Below, piece after piece: positions 63,804 to 64,000 of a stretch of DNA of 64,000 nucleotides (positions are counted from its first letter, which is position 1; each line of letters begins with the position of its first letter). Source of the stretch: Alphaproteobacteria bacterium (GTDB lineage Bacteria > Pseudomonadota > Alphaproteobacteria > UBA8366); contig JANQKC010000031.1 of assembly GCA_028281325.1 (NCBI GenBank), forward strand, positions 25,223 to 89,222. The letters run 5' to 3'. The position numbers and the translations under genes were made by a program. A model generated the notes under the pieces. That model searched no databases. It saw nothing but the letters and a program-made list of their open reading frames with translations, and was not told the DNA's origin.

Positions 63804-63889
63804 CTTCGACAGGCTCAGGGTGAGGCGAACCAATTGCGTATGTCAGATTGAATCGCTACAGGAACGTCCTCATGCTGAGCCTGTCGAAG
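63804..63889. repeat. REP-like imperfect inverted repeat (long hairpin) downstream of the reductase gene
   Basis: The left arm is CTTCGACAGGCTCAGGGTGAGG (63804-63825). The right arm is CCTCATGCTGAGCCTGTCGAAG (63868-63889). They are complementary at 20 of 22 positions, with a loop of about 42 nt. The translated arms read FDRLRVR / MLSLSKH, a pattern I recognise from dispersed intergenic repeats in Alphaproteobacteria. Confidence 0.6.
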
Positions 63890-64000
63890 CATGTTGCCAC
63901 CCGGGTGCGGCTCGCTGTCGGTCGGTGGCATCGGCGAACTACCCCTTGCTCAACAGCCTTGGAATCTCGCCCGCGTCCTTCAGGTCTTCCATGTTCAAGA

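Noticed and set aside
63939-64000. Possible 3' end of a minus-strand gene (…LNMEDLKDAGEIPRLLSKG, stop at 63939-63941) running off the right edge.
   Set aside because: Only about 20 codons are visible, so it cannot be identified or confirmed.

Overview
High-GC proteobacterial chromosomal segment. The repeat type and gene content suggest Alphaproteobacteria, but this is not proven. No rRNA, tRNA, CRISPR array, transposase or integrase was recognised.

Positions ~45-47,700 hold one large, mosaic Wzx/Wzy-type surface-polysaccharide (EPS or O-antigen-like) locus, built from many short operons that alternate in strand.
- Assembly and export: a priming polyprenyl-phosphate sugar transferase, two MOP-family flippases, one Wzy/O-antigen-ligase-family membrane protein, and two intact GT4 glycosyltransferases plus one decayed copy.
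- Sugar-nucleotide genes: nucleotidyltransferase, DegT aminotransferase, SDR epimerase, AlgD-like dehydrogenase and UDP-glucuronate decarboxylase.
- Tailoring genes: two methyltransferases, a CE4 deacetylase, a CDP-alcohol phosphatidyltransferase, an LpxL-like acyltransferase, a beta-helix protein, and an AsnB / bi-domain oxidoreductase / heparinase-II/III-like trio.
- Export block: P-loop NTPase, outer-membrane beta-barrel, short Wza-like OPX protein and Wzc-like co-polymerase/BY-kinase.

Two gene sets stand out as poorly understood.
1. A five-gene carrier-protein cassette at 25.3-30.0 kb: tandem-GNAT-like protein, LLM flavin oxidoreductase, stand-alone DltA-like adenylation enzyme, GNAT and PCP/ACP. 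It lacks DltB/DltD and any NRPS condensation domain.
2. A tightly coupled triad at 47.97-51.0 kb: retropepsin-like 'zinc protease', inactive-transglutaminase-7TM protein and RimK-related ATP-grasp ligase. It lies directly downstream of the export genes.

The right third of the window is ordinary metabolism and transport: a CapA-family protein, two tripartite tricarboxylate (TTT) transporters (one a TctA-TctB fusion), HMG-CoA-lyase-like, LVIVD beta-propeller and aldo/keto reductase genes. It also holds an unusual REC-like protein with a C-terminal zinc ribbon.

The left edge carries two decayed genes. Several promoter regions contain extremely AT-rich islands with perfect palindromes.

All calls rest on reading the supplied translations and the DNA by eye. 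No database search was run.
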